Part shown: piece by piece, positions 19,267 to 30,160 of the stretch
How positions within the stretch are numbered: the first letter of the stretch is position 1
How the letters are laid out: each line of letters opens with the position of its first letter
Assembly (NCBI GenBank): GCA_963838955.1
Contig: CAWISZ010000003.1
Coordinates: forward strand, 341,121-405,120
DNA: 64,000 bases
Direction: 5' to 3'
From: an uncultured Thermoplasmata archaeon
Lineage (GTDB): Archaea > Thermoplasmatota > Thermoplasmata > Lutacidiplasmatales > UBA184
The notes under the pieces: model-generated
The model's input: only the letters and a program-made list of their open reading frames with translations
What the model was told of the DNA's origin: nothing
The model's database searches: none
Position numbers and translations under genes: made by a program

Positions 19267-19944
19267 TTACAGCTCCTCCAGCCGCTCCAGGATCGTGGAC
19301 GTCGGGAGCGCGGTGGTGAGGAGAGGGATGTTCTCGACCTCGCTCAGGCGGATCGCGAGCGGGTCGATGCGACCGGGGCTGGCGAAGACGACCGCCGCCG
19401 GCTTGAGCGGGTGGGCCCGGATGGCGACCATCGGCGATCGCCCGTAGCGCACGTTCGCGAAGACGAGCGCGCGCTGTGTCGTCCAGCCGTAGACCTCGAC
19501 GTAGTGGGCGGCGTCGATCGACAGGATCGCGCGAGGAGCATCGAGCAGTGTATAGCCGTGGATGTCGCGCGCGAGGCCGACCCTTCCCACGGCCTTCGCG
19601 TCGAGGCGTTCGGCGAACGCCTTTAGCGGTACGGCGACGGAGAACTCCCGCATCCCGAGGATGCCTTCCGAATGGGGCCGGGCTCCGAGGCGTCGCCCGA
19701 CCCGGCTGCCGTGGAGAGTGTCCAGGTCGACGAGCCCCTGGACGTACCGTCGGATGAACCCCGCCCCCGGGCTCGCCCGACGTTCGGACTCGTAGTCACT
19801 GATCACCGACGGTACGGTTTCCAAATGGCGCGCGAGGTCCCGCTGGCTGATCGAGAAATCCTCCCGCCACTTGCGCAAGGTGCGGCCCGGGTGGGCGGAG
19901 AGGACGACCTCGCCGGCGATCTTCTCGCGGATCTCCGCGTCCAT
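19267..19944 (-). CDS. XRE-type HTH transcriptional regulator (archaeal, HMGCS-associated)
   Basis: [41 protein letters not shown] at ~19968-19973 favours a leaderless ATG at 19944. Confidence 0.85.
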   Translation of the reverse strand: MDAEIREKIAGEVVLSAHPGRTLRKWREDFSISQRDLARHLETVPSVISDYESERRASPGAGFIRRYVQGLVDLDTLHGSRVGRRLGARPHSEGILGMREFSVAVPLKAFAERLDAKAVGRVGLARDIHGYTLLDAPRAILSIDAAHYVEVYGWTTQRALVFANVRYGRSPMVAIRAHPLKPAAVVFASPGRIDPLAIRLSEVENIPLLTTALPTSTILERLEEL

Positions 19945-20041
19945 TCCACGGCCCACCTCGGGCGAGGTATAAATCGGTAGCTCTGCTGTCGTCCACCCCA
20001 TCGTCATGTGTCGAACGCGCTGAGATCCCGGTCGAGGGAAG

Positions 20042-20144
20042 TGGACCGGGCGAGAGTTTCCGGAACGGGTGCTCGTTCCCGCTCCCTTTGAACTCGCGGC
20101 CTCTACCTTGCCAAGGTAGCGATCTTCCGCTGATCTACCGGCCC
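20042..20144 (-). tRNA. tRNA-Ala(GGC) with 31-nt intron at position 59/60 (20056-20086)
   Basis: Acceptor GGGCCGG/CCGGTCC with G3:U70, D stem GATC/GATC, anticodon arm CTACC-TTGGCAA-GGTAG, T stem GCGAG/CTCGC, discriminator A; CTTATG box ~30 nt upstream. Confidence 0.93.
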
Positions 20145-20208
20145 ACGGACCCCGCCGAAGCGGAGCGCGCCATAAGCCCTTTCCCGCCAGCGTCGGGTGC
20201 GTCCGCGC

Positions 20209-22896
20209 TCACTTGCGACTGAACACCGCGAGCATCGCCGGGAAGTAGAACATCCGAATGATGAACGTGTCGATCACGAGCGAGATGGCGAAGGCGATCC
20301 CGAGCTGCTCGAGGAAGCTGATCGGTTGGAGCCCGAGGGAGCCGAGCGAGACGGCAAGGATCAGACCGAGGGACGTGACGACGACCCCGGAGTGGGCGAT
20401 CGCTCGCGGGATCGCGATCTTCTTCTCCGCATGCTTCCGCTCTTCGACGACCCGACTGAGGATGAACACGGTGTAATCGTTCCCGAGCGATAGGAGGATC
20501 ACGAACAGGATCAGGGGGATGAGGTAGATCAGCGACTGACCGAGAAGGTACGTACTGATCCAGTACAGGAGCACGATTGTCACGGAGATGCTGATGTACA
20601 CTCCCGTGAGGGAGATGATCGGATAGGAGAGCGATCGGAACGCAAAGCCGAGGACGACCCCGATCAGGATGACGATCAGGATTTCGATCTCGGGGTAGAC
20701 GATGTCGTTCTGGTTCTTCTGATCGAGCGAGGAGGCGCTGACCCCGCCCACGACCCAGCTCGAGTTCGTCCGCATCTGGCTGACGAGGTCCATCGCCTGG
20801 TTGGTGAACGGATTGTAGTCCGTGTAGACGACCCAGTACGCCCAGGTGCCGTTGTCGAAGAGGAACGTCGTGGCGGCCGATTTCGTGGTGGTGGTCGTTT
20901 GGTTCCCGGAGACGTACGGGCCGAGGGCCGACTTGACTCCCGAGAAGGTGAGGATGTGCGTCGCCGTTGCGTTTAACTGCGCAGCGCCCGCGGCAGAGAT
21001 CTCGCCGTTGGGGAGGAGGTACCCCGAGGGATCCTGGACGAGCACGTACGTCGGGTAGAGCTGGTTCGATCCGAACGCCGAATCGAGCTGCTGCTGGGCC
21101 TGCACGCTCGGCAGGCTGGACGGTAACCCCTGGGTTACGTCGTAGGTCGTCGGGACGGTGAGCGCCACCGCGATCGAGGGGATCGCGATCACCGCGATGA
21201 GCACGATCACGAGATAGCGTCGGCGGACCGAGAAGTTGGACGCGCGGTAGAACCCGGTCGTTTCGATGGGTTTCGTCGGGCCGGGCGTCCGGGCCTTCTT
21301 CAGGAAGATCCGGGGCCCGATGTAGCTCGTCAGTGCGGGAAGCAGGGTCGCCTCGCAGATGCCGATCAGCATCACGGCGATGAACAGCACCGGCCCCCAG
21401 CTCGGCAGGCCCGGAATGAAGCTGAGCACGCCGAGGCCCACCGCGACGATGATGGCGCTCGTGAGCACGGCGAACCCGGCCGTGTCTGTCGCCCGCTCGA
21501 TCGCCAGTTGCGGGTCGATGCCCTGGTGGATCTCCTCGCGGTAGCGGTAGAGGAGGAACACGAGATAGTCGGTGACGATCCCGAGGGTCACCGCCTCGAG
21601 GGTGTACGTCACGAGGTAGTCGACCTGGCCGAAGAGGAGGCCCGTCGTGAAGATCGCGACATCCCCGAAGAGCGTGCCGATCAGCACGAACAGGATCGTG
21701 AGGAGCGGCGCGACCCAGGACCGCAGCGTGATGAGGACGGCGATCGCGAGGAAGACGAAGGTCAGCGCGAAGAGGAAGTCGGAGGAGGACGTCAGCGACT
21801 GAGTGTCGTAGCTGATCGCCCCGCTCCCCGTGACCCCGGCGCTCGGGCCGAAGTACTCGCTCGCGAGATTGCGGACGCCCGGGGTCGCGAGCTGCGCGGG
21901 GTAGCTGTTGTCGGAGCCGCGGTAGGAATCCGGGACGTTGAAGACGACGAGGAGGATCTGGGTGCTCCCGTCCGGGCTTACGTACTGGCTGCGGAGCGCC
22001 GTGAAGAGGTCCTCGAAGGGGAACGGGATGTCCGTCCAGCCGTTGTCGAGAACGTAGTTCCACCCCCCGTCTCCGGGCAGGAGGAAGGAGGCGACTACGC
22101 TCGGCGCGATGAAGATGGGTCCCGCGGGGTTCAACAACAGCCCGATCGAGGTCTCGAGGTCGTAGGCGGTCGTGTAGTTCTGGAGCACGGAAACGAGGAC
22201 GATGATACTCACCTCCCCGTTCGATGGGATGTTCGGTGGCGCCGACCAGAAGATGGCCGTGTTGACCTGGGAGATCGGTGCCGCCGAGGTCGAGTAGTTT
22301 TCCAAGAGGTTCGCCTTGAACGCCTCGGTGTAGTTCGTATACGGTCCGCCGATCTCGATGTACGTCGTGTTGATGGAAGCGAACGTGTAGCTGTGGTTCC
22401 CCCACTCGGTGTAGAACTTCTGAGGGAACGTGTACACCTCGGCGGAATAGTTCACGAAGGAAGAGTGGGCCGCGACGATCGTGCTCCGATGGGATCCGTA
22501 GATCTCGTCGAGGAGGGTCGCTTCCGAGTAGCAGATCGAACCCGTGTAGTCGTAGTGGGAGTAGTTCTTCTGGTCGAGCGTCGCGCTGAACGACTGGACC
22601 TGCGAGCAGAACGCCTGGGGGGTCGGGTACTGCACGCTCGAGTTCGCGACCACGACGAACAACGTCGAGTTCTGAGGATGGACCTGGTCGAGGAGGTTCT
22701 GGGCCTGCTGTGACTGGCTTCCCGCGACCCCGTTGCCCGTGGAAGAGTAGTTGATGTACTGAGAAGAGAGCGCCGCCATCGGGACGATGGCGAGCAGAAT
22801 GATGATCCACACCACCAGTACGAGTCGGCGCCGACGGTTCTTGAAAAGGAGACGAGACAGGCCGTGACCTTTGCCTGCGGGGTCTTCGGTTCCCAT
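20209..22896 (-). CDS. MMPL/RND-family membrane transporter
   Basis: Two TM bundles with GIVTDY...RYREE and LGNDY...RVVEE motifs; large extracellular loops. Confidence 0.9.
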   Translation of the reverse strand: MGTEDPAGKGHGLSRLLFKNRRRRLVLVVWIIILLAIVPMAALSSQYINYSSTGNGVAGSQSQQAQNLLDQVHPQNSTLFVVVANSSVQYPTPQAFCSQVQSFSATLDQKNYSHYDYTGSICYSEATLLDEIYGSHRSTIVAAHSSFVNYSAEVYTFPQKFYTEWGNHSYTFASINTTYIEIGGPYTNYTEAFKANLLENYSTSAAPISQVNTAIFWSAPPNIPSNGEVSIIVLVSVLQNYTTAYDLETSIGLLLNPAGPIFIAPSVVASFLLPGDGGWNYVLDNGWTDIPFPFEDLFTALRSQYVSPDGSTQILLVVFNVPDSYRGSDNSYPAQLATPGVRNLASEYFGPSAGVTGSGAISYDTQSLTSSSDFLFALTFVFLAIAVLITLRSWVAPLLTILFVLIGTLFGDVAIFTTGLLFGQVDYLVTYTLEAVTLGIVTDYLVFLLYRYREEIHQGIDPQLAIERATDTAGFAVLTSAIIVAVGLGVLSFIPGLPSWGPVLFIAVMLIGICEATLLPALTSYIGPRIFLKKARTPGPTKPIETTGFYRASNFSVRRRYLVIVLIAVIAIPSIAVALTVPTTYDVTQGLPSSLPSVQAQQQLDSAFGSNQLYPTYVLVQDPSGYLLPNGEISAAGAAQLNATATHILTFSGVKSALGPYVSGNQTTTTTKSAATTFLFDNGTWAYWVVYTDYNPFTNQAMDLVSQMRTNSSWVVGGVSASSLDQKNQNDIVYPEIEILIVILIGVVLGFAFRSLSYPIISLTGVYISISVTIVLLYWISTYLLGQSLIYLIPLILFVILLSLGNDYTVFILSRVVEERKHAEKKIAIPRAIAHSGVVVTSLGLILAVSLGSLGLQPISFLEQLGIAFAISLVIDTFIIRMFYFPAMLAVFSRK

Positions 22897-23062
22897 CGTC
22901 GAGGCGAGGGGAGGCTACGGAATAATGACCTTTCGCCTCCCCGTCGCCGTCGGCCCGTTCGCGCGGGCCCGAAGGGAGACTCCGTGGGCGTGGGTGCTCC
23001 CGGTCGAGATGTCCCGGGCTCCGAGATGAGGATTAACTCCTCCGGCCCCTCTCCCCACCGCC

Positions 23063-24286
23063 ATGCGCTCGTCGAACCGCCCCGACCGTCGAGCGGATCC
23101 GGTCGGAGCCTTCGTTCCCGGCCCGCGCGTCGTCCGACCCCCGACGGGACGCGGGGTCCTGAACGGCCTCACCTTCGCGGTCAAGGACGTGCTCGATATC
23201 CGCGGCGAACCGACGGGGAGCGGGAACCCCGATTGGCGTGCCACCCACGCTCCGGCGCGATCGACCGCGGCGGTCGTGGAACTTTGGCTGCGCCAGGGAG
23301 CGCGCATGGTCGGCAAGACGATCTGCGATGAACTTGCGTTCAGCCTGGAGGGGGCGAACTACCACTACGGAACTCCCGTCAACTCGCGATGTCCGAATCG
23401 GCTCCCCGGCGGGTCCTCGAGCGGATCGGCCGCCGCCGTCGCGGCCGGGCTCGTGGACGGTGCGCTGGGTTCCGATACCGGAGGGTCGGTCCGGAGCCCC
23501 GCGAGTTTCTGCGGCATTTTCGGCTTCCGTCCGACCCACGGCCGAGTTCCCGTCCGGGGCATGGCTCCGCTCGCGCCGAGCTACGACACGGTCGGATGGT
23601 TCGCGAGGGACGGCCCGGCGCTCCAACGATTCGGCCGCGCGCTGTCCATGGGGGAGGCGGGACCGCCTCGCGAGTACGTGCTGGTAGCCGATGCGTGGGA
23701 TCTCGTCGAACCCCGATCGGCGCGCGCCGTCCGCGCCGCCGCCGAGAAGCTAGGGATCACCGACGAGGTCCGGATCTATGAGGGGAATCCCACCGCCTGG
23801 TACGAGGCGTACCGCGTGCTCCAAGGCGCTCAGATCTGGTCGCACTACGCCGGGTGGATCCGCCGGGTGCATCCTCGCTTCGGACCGCGAACGGCCGAGC
23901 GGTTCGAGGGCGTGCGTCGGATCACCCGAGCCGAGGTTACGAAGCAAGCGAGATTCCGCCGAGGGGTGGCGCTCCAAGTGCGTCAGCTCGTCCGCCATGG
24001 GCGGGCGCTCGTGCTCCCGGCGAGCCCATGCATCGCACTCTCCCGCCGGCGATCTCTCGCCGCGCGGGGGGCGTTCTATCCACGGGCCCTCGCGCTCAAT
24101 TCGGTTGCAGGTCACTCCGGCCTGCCCGAAGTCGCCCTCCCTCTCGCCGAGGTCGGAGGATGCCCGATCGGGATCGGAGTGATCGCCGGGGCCGATCGGG
24201 ACGAGAGCCTCCTCGCCCTGGCCGCCTCCGATCGAATCGCGCGGCTGCGCCCCGAACCCGGGGCCATTGCGCGAACACGCGGGTAA
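23063..24286 (+). CDS. Amidase (amidase-signature family)
   Basis: FAVKD, PGGSSSGS, GSDTGGSVRSPA. Confidence 0.93.
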   Translation: MRSSNRPDRRADPVGAFVPGPRVVRPPTGRGVLNGLTFAVKDVLDIRGEPTGSGNPDWRATHAPARSTAAVVELWLRQGARMVGKTICDELAFSLEGANYHYGTPVNSRCPNRLPGGSSSGSAAAVAAGLVDGALGSDTGGSVRSPASFCGIFGFRPTHGRVPVRGMAPLAPSYDTVGWFARDGPALQRFGRALSMGEAGPPREYVLVADAWDLVEPRSARAVRAAAEKLGITDEVRIYEGNPTAWYEAYRVLQGAQIWSHYAGWIRRVHPRFGPRTAERFEGVRRITRAEVTKQARFRRGVALQVRQLVRHGRALVLPASPCIALSRRRSLAARGAFYPRALALNSVAGHSGLPEVALPLAEVGGCPIGIGVIAGADRDESLLALAASDRIARLRPEPGAIARTRG

Positions 24287-24419
24287 GGCGACCGGGCGGT
24301 GACCCGCTCCTTCCTCGCTCGGAGGGGGCTACCGTAGTTGGGCCGAGGTCGTTCGGCGCGAAGCCTCGGGATCGAGGCCCACAACAACGCTTATGGGCCT
24401 ACCTCCGTTCATCCTTTCG

Positions 24420-24779
24420 ATGGCAGAAGGCTCCTCCTCCGGCGAGCCGATTGATGTCCTCCTGGCGGGCACTCGGGACCTGTTGCGCCCCGAGGAGATC
24501 GTCCGCGACGCGACCCGCGACATCATCAAAGACGAGATCCGCCGCCACATCGAAAAGTCCCTCAAGGAGGATCCCGAACTGGCCCGGGACCTGCGCGAAT
24601 CGGTTCGTCAGTTGCTCGAGGCGCGTGCGCTCGAGTACGCCGCGTTGCTCCAGGTCGGGACCTGCACCGCCCGGCTCGGCCTTTCGACGTTGCCCGAGTC
24701 CGTGCGCAAGAAGCTGCGGGAAGATATCGCGAAGCTCCTGACCCGTGAGCTCGGCGGCATCGTCGAGCAGTCGCTCTGA
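24420..24779 (+). CDS. Hypothetical helical protein
   Basis: Coding-like codon usage; CTTATG box ~28 nt upstream of ATG 24420. Confidence 0.65.
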   Translation: MAEGSSSGEPIDVLLAGTRDLLRPEEIVRDATRDIIKDEIRRHIEKSLKEDPELARDLRESVRQLLEARALEYAALLQVGTCTARLGLSTLPESVRKKLREDIAKLLTRELGGIVEQSL

Positions 24780-24835
24780 TCCGCCGACCGCTGCGGCTGA
24801 ATGAGCTCGATCCAGACATCGTCCGGACCGCGATC

Positions 24836-25057
24836 CTACGCGACCTCGACGCGTCGGCCGTCCTTGAACTGGGTCCGGAGGCGGGCGCCGTACCGACGCC
24901 ATCGGCGACCGACGCCGGGCAGGTCTCGGACCCGAACGTCGATGTGGTCGAGGCCCTCGCCTACGACGAACCGGGTCGCGAACTGCGAACCGGGTGGGTC
25001 GCAGTTCAGCTCGAGGTGTTGCTTCGATCTCGGATTCCCCGTGTAGTCGATGTACAT
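24836..25057 (-). pseudogene. Possible VOC/glyoxalase gene remnant
   Basis: HLELN...GEGLDHIDVRVRDL...GA resembles the second half of a glyoxalase; no N-terminal half visible. Confidence 0.3.
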
Positions 25058-26343
25058 TTCCTTCCCGCGGCCGCTCCCCTCGGCGCCTCGCGGCCGCGTC
25101 GCGGTTTGGACTGGGCTCCGTTCGTGCGGAGGGGCACGCGCTGGACCAGTTCCCGGACACCTTGAACGAGCGCGGCGACATCGCGTCGATTGTTGTACAG
25201 GTAGAACGATGCGCGAACGCTCCCCGTGAGCCCGCGGCGCTCGTACCAGGAGTGCACGCAGTGCATGCCGGAGCGGACGAGCACTCCCCAACCCTCATCG
25301 AGGAACAACGCCGCGTCGTGCGGATCGATCCCGTCGATCGTGAAGCCGAAGATGCTCGGCCGGTCCCGAACGTTCTGCGGGCCGAGGACGTGGACCCGTC
25401 CGAGTTCGGAGAGCGCCTCCGTCACCTCACGGTTGAGCGCGCGCTGGGTACGCTCGACGGTCTCGAGCCCGACCCGTTCGAGGTACCGGAGCCCCGCGTG
25501 GGCCCCGATGATCCCTCCGTAGTTCTGCAGCCCCGCCTCGAACCGATACGGCGGCGGACGCAATCGGTGGTCCGCGAGCGTGGTCCATTCCACCGTCTCC
25601 CCGCCCACTACGAGGGGCCGCAAACCGGAGAGCGCTTCGGGAGTCCCCACGAGGATCCCCGTCCCGGTCGGTCCGAGCATCTTGTGGGCGGAGATGGCGT
25701 AGAAGTCCGTCCCCACGCGATCGAAGTTCACGGATTGGTGCGGCGCCGCCTGGCAACCATCGAACAACGTCCGGGCTCCCCGGTCGTGGGCCCGCTCCGC
25801 GATCTCGCGGATCGGCAGCGAACGACCATCGAGATTGGATGTATGAAATAGGCTCACGAGCCGGATCTTGCGGGACAGGGCGCGTTCGAGCACTTCCCCA
25901 TCCCACGATCCGTCGACGCTCAACGGGAGGATTTCGAGCCGGATCCCTCGCTCGCGCTGGAGCCGTTGCCATACGACGAGGTTGGAGTTGTGTTCCTGAT
26001 CGGAGACGAGCACCCGGTCGCCCTTCTTCCAGTCGAGGCCGCTCGCGACGAGGTTGATCGCTTCCGTCGCGTTCCGCAGGAAGACGATGTTTCCCGACGG
26101 GCGCGTCCCGACGAAGTTCGCGAAAGCCCCTCGCGCGGCGTCGTAGCGTCGCGAGACCTCTTCTGCAAAGCGGTGCAGGCTGCGTCCGGCGCAGCCGGGG
26201 TAGTCGGAGTAGTACTCCTCCATCGCGCGCAGGACCGAATCGGGGACGAGCGACATGCACGCGGAATCGAGGTACGCGACGGGAGGTCGACCCGGGTGGG
26301 GACGCAGGGCGGGGAAGTCGGCCCGCGCGCGTGCGATGTTCAT
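25006..26343 (-). CDS. SufS-like cysteine desulfurase (class V aminotransferase)
   Basis: RADFP, YLDSA, EHNSN, SAHKMLGP, RSGMHC, RASFYLYN. Confidence 0.9.
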   Translation of the reverse strand: MNIARARADFPALRPHPGRPPVAYLDSACMSLVPDSVLRAMEEYYSDYPGCAGRSLHRFAEEVSRRYDAARGAFANFVGTRPSGNIVFLRNATEAINLVASGLDWKKGDRVLVSDQEHNSNLVVWQRLQRERGIRLEILPLSVDGSWDGEVLERALSRKIRLVSLFHTSNLDGRSLPIREIAERAHDRGARTLFDGCQAAPHQSVNFDRVGTDFYAISAHKMLGPTGTGILVGTPEALSGLRPLVVGGETVEWTTLADHRLRPPPYRFEAGLQNYGGIIGAHAGLRYLERVGLETVERTQRALNREVTEALSELGRVHVLGPQNVRDRPSIFGFTIDGIDPHDAALFLDEGWGVLVRSGMHCVHSWYERRGLTGSVRASFYLYNNRRDVAALVQGVRELVQRVPLRTNGAQSKPRRGREAPRGAAAGRKCTSTTRGIRDRSNTSS

Positions 26344-27539
26344 GGAGGGTTCCTTTGTAGGGCCTCGGTCGCGGCCAAGAGGGCGGCGGCGCCGTGGACG
26401 AGCGGCGCTTCGGGCGGAGCGAAGCGCGCGCTGTGGAGTCCCGCCGAACGACCGGGAACTCCCACGCCGAGCTGGAAGAACGTCCCGGGCACGCGCTCGA
26501 GGTACCGTGCGAAGTCCTCGGCCCCCATTACCGGCTCGTCGAGCTCGATGACGCGGCTGGGGCCGAACTCCGCCCGCAGCCCTTCGGTGATGACCCGCGT
26601 CGCCGCGGCGGGATTCCACAGGGCCGGGTATCCCCGGTAGTACTCGATCCGCACCTTCGCTTCGAGGCTGGCGGCGATCGACCGCGCTCGGCGGCGGAGC
26701 GCGACCTCCATCCGCTCGCGGGTCGCGGGCCGGAACGTGCGCACCGTGCCGTCGAGGACGACCTCCTCCGGAAGTATGTTGTGTCGGGTGCCGCCGTGGA
26801 TCTGCCCGACGCTCACGACCACCGGATCAACTGGGCTACGCACCCGGCTCACGAGCGCCTGGAGTCCGACCACGATCTCGGACGCGACGAGCACCGCGTC
26901 GGGCCCGAGGTGCGGCGCAGCCGCGTGGCCTCCATGGCCCCGGATCCGGATGCGGAAGCGATCGGCCGCGGCCATGGCGGGCCCCACCCGGGTCCCGATC
27001 GATCCGAGGGGTACGGACGGATCGACGTGCTGACCTACGACGTAATCAACCCTCGGCCGTTCGAAGCAACCCCGCTCGAGGAACGGTCGTGCGCCCCCCT
27101 CCTCTCCCTCCTCCTCCGCCGGCTGAAAGAGCAGCTTAACGGTGCCCCGGAGCTCGGCCCGGTGCGCGGCGAGCACCGCACCGGCCCCGAGGAGCGCGGA
27201 CATGTGAACGTCGTGTCCGCACGCGTGCATCCGGCCGGGGTTGCGCGAACGGAAGGCCAGGCCGGTTTCCTCGGTCACGGGGAGGGCGTCCATGTCCGCC
27301 CGCAGAGCCACGACGGGACCCGGTCGTCCTCCGGCGATTATCGCGAGAACCCCGTTAAAGCCGTCGTCGTACGTGGTCGGCTTCAGGCTCAAGGTCCGGA
27401 GCGCCGCCACCACCCGATTGCGGGTGTGGGTCTCTTCGTTGGAGAGCTCAGGATCCTCGTGAAAGGCAATCCGCCAGGCCCGCATCTGAGGCAGAACGCG
27501 TCGGGCCGAGCGCGTCCACCGGCCGGCGACCCGAGCCAT
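26340..27539 (-). CDS. M20 family amidohydrolase
   Basis: HEDPELSNEE, RADMDALP, MHACGHD, FQPAEE, GAEDF. Confidence 0.94.
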   Translation of the reverse strand: MARVAGRWTRSARRVLPQMRAWRIAFHEDPELSNEETHTRNRVVAALRTLSLKPTTYDDGFNGVLAIIAGGRPGPVVALRADMDALPVTEETGLAFRSRNPGRMHACGHDVHMSALLGAGAVLAAHRAELRGTVKLLFQPAEEEGEEGGARPFLERGCFERPRVDYVVGQHVDPSVPLGSIGTRVGPAMAAADRFRIRIRGHGGHAAAPHLGPDAVLVASEIVVGLQALVSRVRSPVDPVVVSVGQIHGGTRHNILPEEVVLDGTVRTFRPATRERMEVALRRRARSIAASLEAKVRIEYYRGYPALWNPAAATRVITEGLRAEFGPSRVIELDEPVMGAEDFARYLERVPGTFFQLGVGVPGRSAGLHSARFAPPEAPLVHGAAALLAATEALQRNPP

Positions 27540-27584
27540 CGGCCGGTGAGCGAAGCGTGCGATATAAGGGAGGCCGCGGCGGGC

Positions 27585-28373
27585 TCACGCGCGAACCGTC
27601 CGGGCGATCGGTCCGAGCACGCGTCGCACGGTTGCGGCCCCGAACGATCGGGCGAAGCGTTCCTCGAGCGCGCTCGCGACGATGACCCCATCGGCGCCGT
27701 ACGCGAGCGCCTGCGCGGCCGTCGCGCGGTCCTTGATCCCGAACCCGATCAGGACCGGCATCGCCGGCGCGGCCCGGTGGGCCGTCCGAACGATCGGGGT
27801 CAGATCGATCCGCTCGGCGGAGCGGGTCGTCCCCGTGGTCCCGTACCGCGCCACGAGGTACAGGAATCCATGGGTCGCCCGCGCGAGGTGGACCGTGCGG
27901 GTTTTTGTGACCCCCGGCGCCGCGAGAAGCACGAGATCGATCGAATGGCGGCCGGCCGCGGCGATCCACGGGGGTGTCTCTTCCAGCGGCAGATCCGGAA
28001 CGACGAGCCCCGACGCGCCCGCGCGCGCGATGCTCGCGAGGGAGTGGTCGAGCCCGTGCCGCCAGAACGGGTTGGCGTAGCCCATGACCGCCGTCGGAAG
28101 GAGCTCGCTCGCGATCTCGAGGGACTCCACGAGATCGCTCCAGTCGGTGCCGTTCGCGAGGGCCCGGTCCGCGGTGGCCTGCAAGATCGGTCCATCGGCG
28201 ATCGGATCGGAGAACGGGAATCCCAACTCGAGCGCCGAGGCTCCCGACTCGAGCGCCGCCTCTACGACCGGCCGAAGTCGATGCGTGCGGGCCCGGTCGA
28301 CCATGACGTACGGGACGAGGGTGGCGCGTGTTTGCGAACGAGCGAGAGCGAGCGCGTCACCGAGTCGCGGCAC
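27585..28373 (-). CDS. trpA: Tryptophan synthase alpha chain
   Basis: [31 protein letters not shown]. Confidence 0.95.
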   Translation of the reverse strand: MPRLGDALALARSQTRATLVPYVMVDRARTHRLRPVVEAALESGASALELGFPFSDPIADGPILQATADRALANGTDWSDLVESLEIASELLPTAVMGYANPFWRHGLDHSLASIARAGASGLVVPDLPLEETPPWIAAAGRHSIDLVLLAAPGVTKTRTVHLARATHGFLYLVARYGTTGTTRSAERIDLTPIVRTAHRAAPAMPVLIGFGIKDRATAAQALAYGADGVIVASALEERFARSFGAATVRRVLGPIARTVRA

Positions 28374-29520
28374 GACCGACCACCTCCAGGTCCTTGTCGC
28401 CGCGACCCGAGAGGGTGACCACGATCTTCTGCCGGGCGGGGCGTCGTCGCGCCTCCGCGACCGCAGCGAAGAGGGCATGGGAGGATTCCAGCGCCGGGAG
28501 GATCCCTTCGTCCTCGGCCAGCCAATGGAACGCCCGCAGGGCTTGGTCGTCGTGCACGGCGATGTACCGGGCCCGACCGCTGTCCTTGAGCCAGGCGTGC
28601 TCGGGGCCGACGCCTGCGTAGTCGAGCCCCGCGCTGATGCTCTCCGTCTCGGAGATCTGGCCGTCCCGATCCTGCAAGACGTAGGAGTAGGCGCCATGCA
28701 GGATCCCGGGCCGGCCGTGGGCGAGGGACGCCGCGCCGGCTCCGTGGCGTCGAGATCCCCCGGCCTCCACGCCCAGGAATTCGACGTCCGTGCGTCGCAA
28801 GGGGTGGAACGTGCCGATCGCGTTCGATCCACCGCCGACGCAGGCGACGGCGAGATCGGGAAGGCGACCGAACGCCGCGCGGGATTGTATCGCGATCTCC
28901 CGTCCGATCACGCTCTGGAACTCCGCGACGATCGATGGGAACGGGTGCGGTCCCACCGCGGAGCCCAGTAGGTAGTGGGTCGTCCGTACGCTCGAGATCC
29001 AGTCCCGGAGCGCGGCATTGATCGCGTCCTTGAGGGTCCGCTGGCCGGTCGTCACGGGCCGGACCTTCGCGCCGAGCAGCTCCATGCGCAGCACATTGGT
29101 CCGCTGGCGTTCCATGTCGACCTCGCCCATGTACACCTCGGCCTCGAGCCCGAGCGCGGCCCCGATCATCGCGGTCGCAACCCCGTGTTGCCCCGCCCCG
29201 GTCTCGGCGATCAGGCGCGGCTTGCCCATCCGCTGCGCGAGCAGGCCCTGGCCGAGCGCGTTGTTGAACTTGTGCGCGCCCCCGTGCACGAGGTCCTCCC
29301 GCTTGAGCCAGATCTCTGCGCCTCGGGCGCGCGCGGTCAGCCGCCGGGCGAAGTACAGAGGCGTCGGCCGTCCCGCGAGAGTATGGGAGAGACGACGCAG
29401 TTCGGCCCGGAACTTCGGGTCTCGGCGGGCGGCATGCCACTCGCGTTCGAGCTCGGACAGCGCGGGTACGAGCGTCTCCGGTACGAAGGCCCCCCCATAG
29501 GGGCCAAACCGCCTAGGCAT
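28357..29520 (-). CDS. trpB: Tryptophan synthase beta chain (TrpB1)
   Basis: [36 protein letters not shown]. Confidence 0.98.
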   Translation of the reverse strand: MPRRFGPYGGAFVPETLVPALSELEREWHAARRDPKFRAELRRLSHTLAGRPTPLYFARRLTARARGAEIWLKREDLVHGGAHKFNNALGQGLLAQRMGKPRLIAETGAGQHGVATAMIGAALGLEAEVYMGEVDMERQRTNVLRMELLGAKVRPVTTGQRTLKDAINAALRDWISSVRTTHYLLGSAVGPHPFPSIVAEFQSVIGREIAIQSRAAFGRLPDLAVACVGGGSNAIGTFHPLRRTDVEFLGVEAGGSRRHGAGAASLAHGRPGILHGAYSYVLQDRDGQISETESISAGLDYAGVGPEHAWLKDSGRARYIAVHDDQALRAFHWLAEDEGILPALESSHALFAAVAEARRRPARQKIVVTLSGRGDKDLEVVGRAATR

Positions 29521-30160
29521 GGGTCGCCTCCCAGTGCCGTACAGCGTCCAAGAACGCGGCCATGCGCTTCGGATCCTTGATCCCCGGGGCCGATTCGATC
29601 CCGCTCGAGACGTCCACGCCCCACGGGGCGACGCTCGTCAGCGCGCTCTCCACGTTCGCCGGGTCGAGGCCTCCGCCCAGGACGATCTTTCGGCCAGGAG
29701 CGCTCGTGATGATCCGGGCGCAGATCTCCCAATCCGGGAGTACGCCACCTCCTCCCGGTAGGGCCCCGCCGGCCGCGTCCAGGTGCACGAGGGACGCGAG
29801 ATCCGTTCCGGGAAGCTCGGGGACGGGATCGCCGCTTCCCGGCCGGGGAATGGCGAGCGACGGGACGATGTGGCGCCGGACGACCGTGTCGAGCCCTTCG
29901 GGGATCCTCCCGTGCACTTGTACTCGATCCGTTCCCATCTCTTCGAAGATCCGGTGAATGAGCTCCACCGGCGGATCGACCGTCACCGCCCAGATCTCGC
30001 GGTCGCTCGGCACGACCTCGGCGAGTCGGGCCGCCCGCTCCAGCGGGACGGTGCGCGGGGAGCCCGGAACGTCGATCACGAACCCCGCGGCTCCGCCCGC
30101 GGGCACGAGCTCGATCGTCGCGGCATCGCTCAAACCGCAGAACTTCACGAACGTCCTCAC
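29513..30160 (-). CDS. trpF: Phosphoribosylanthranilate isomerase
   Basis: [24 protein letters not shown]. Confidence 0.93.
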   Translation of the reverse strand: MRTFVKFCGLSDAATIELVPAGGAAGFVIDVPGSPRTVPLERAARLAEVVPSDREIWAVTVDPPVELIHRIFEEMGTDRVQVHGRIPEGLDTVVRRHIVPSLAIPRPGSGDPVPELPGTDLASLVHLDAAGGALPGGGGVLPDWEICARIITSAPGRKIVLGGGLDPANVESALTSVAPWGVDVSSGIESAPGIKDPKRMAAFLDAVRHWEATHA

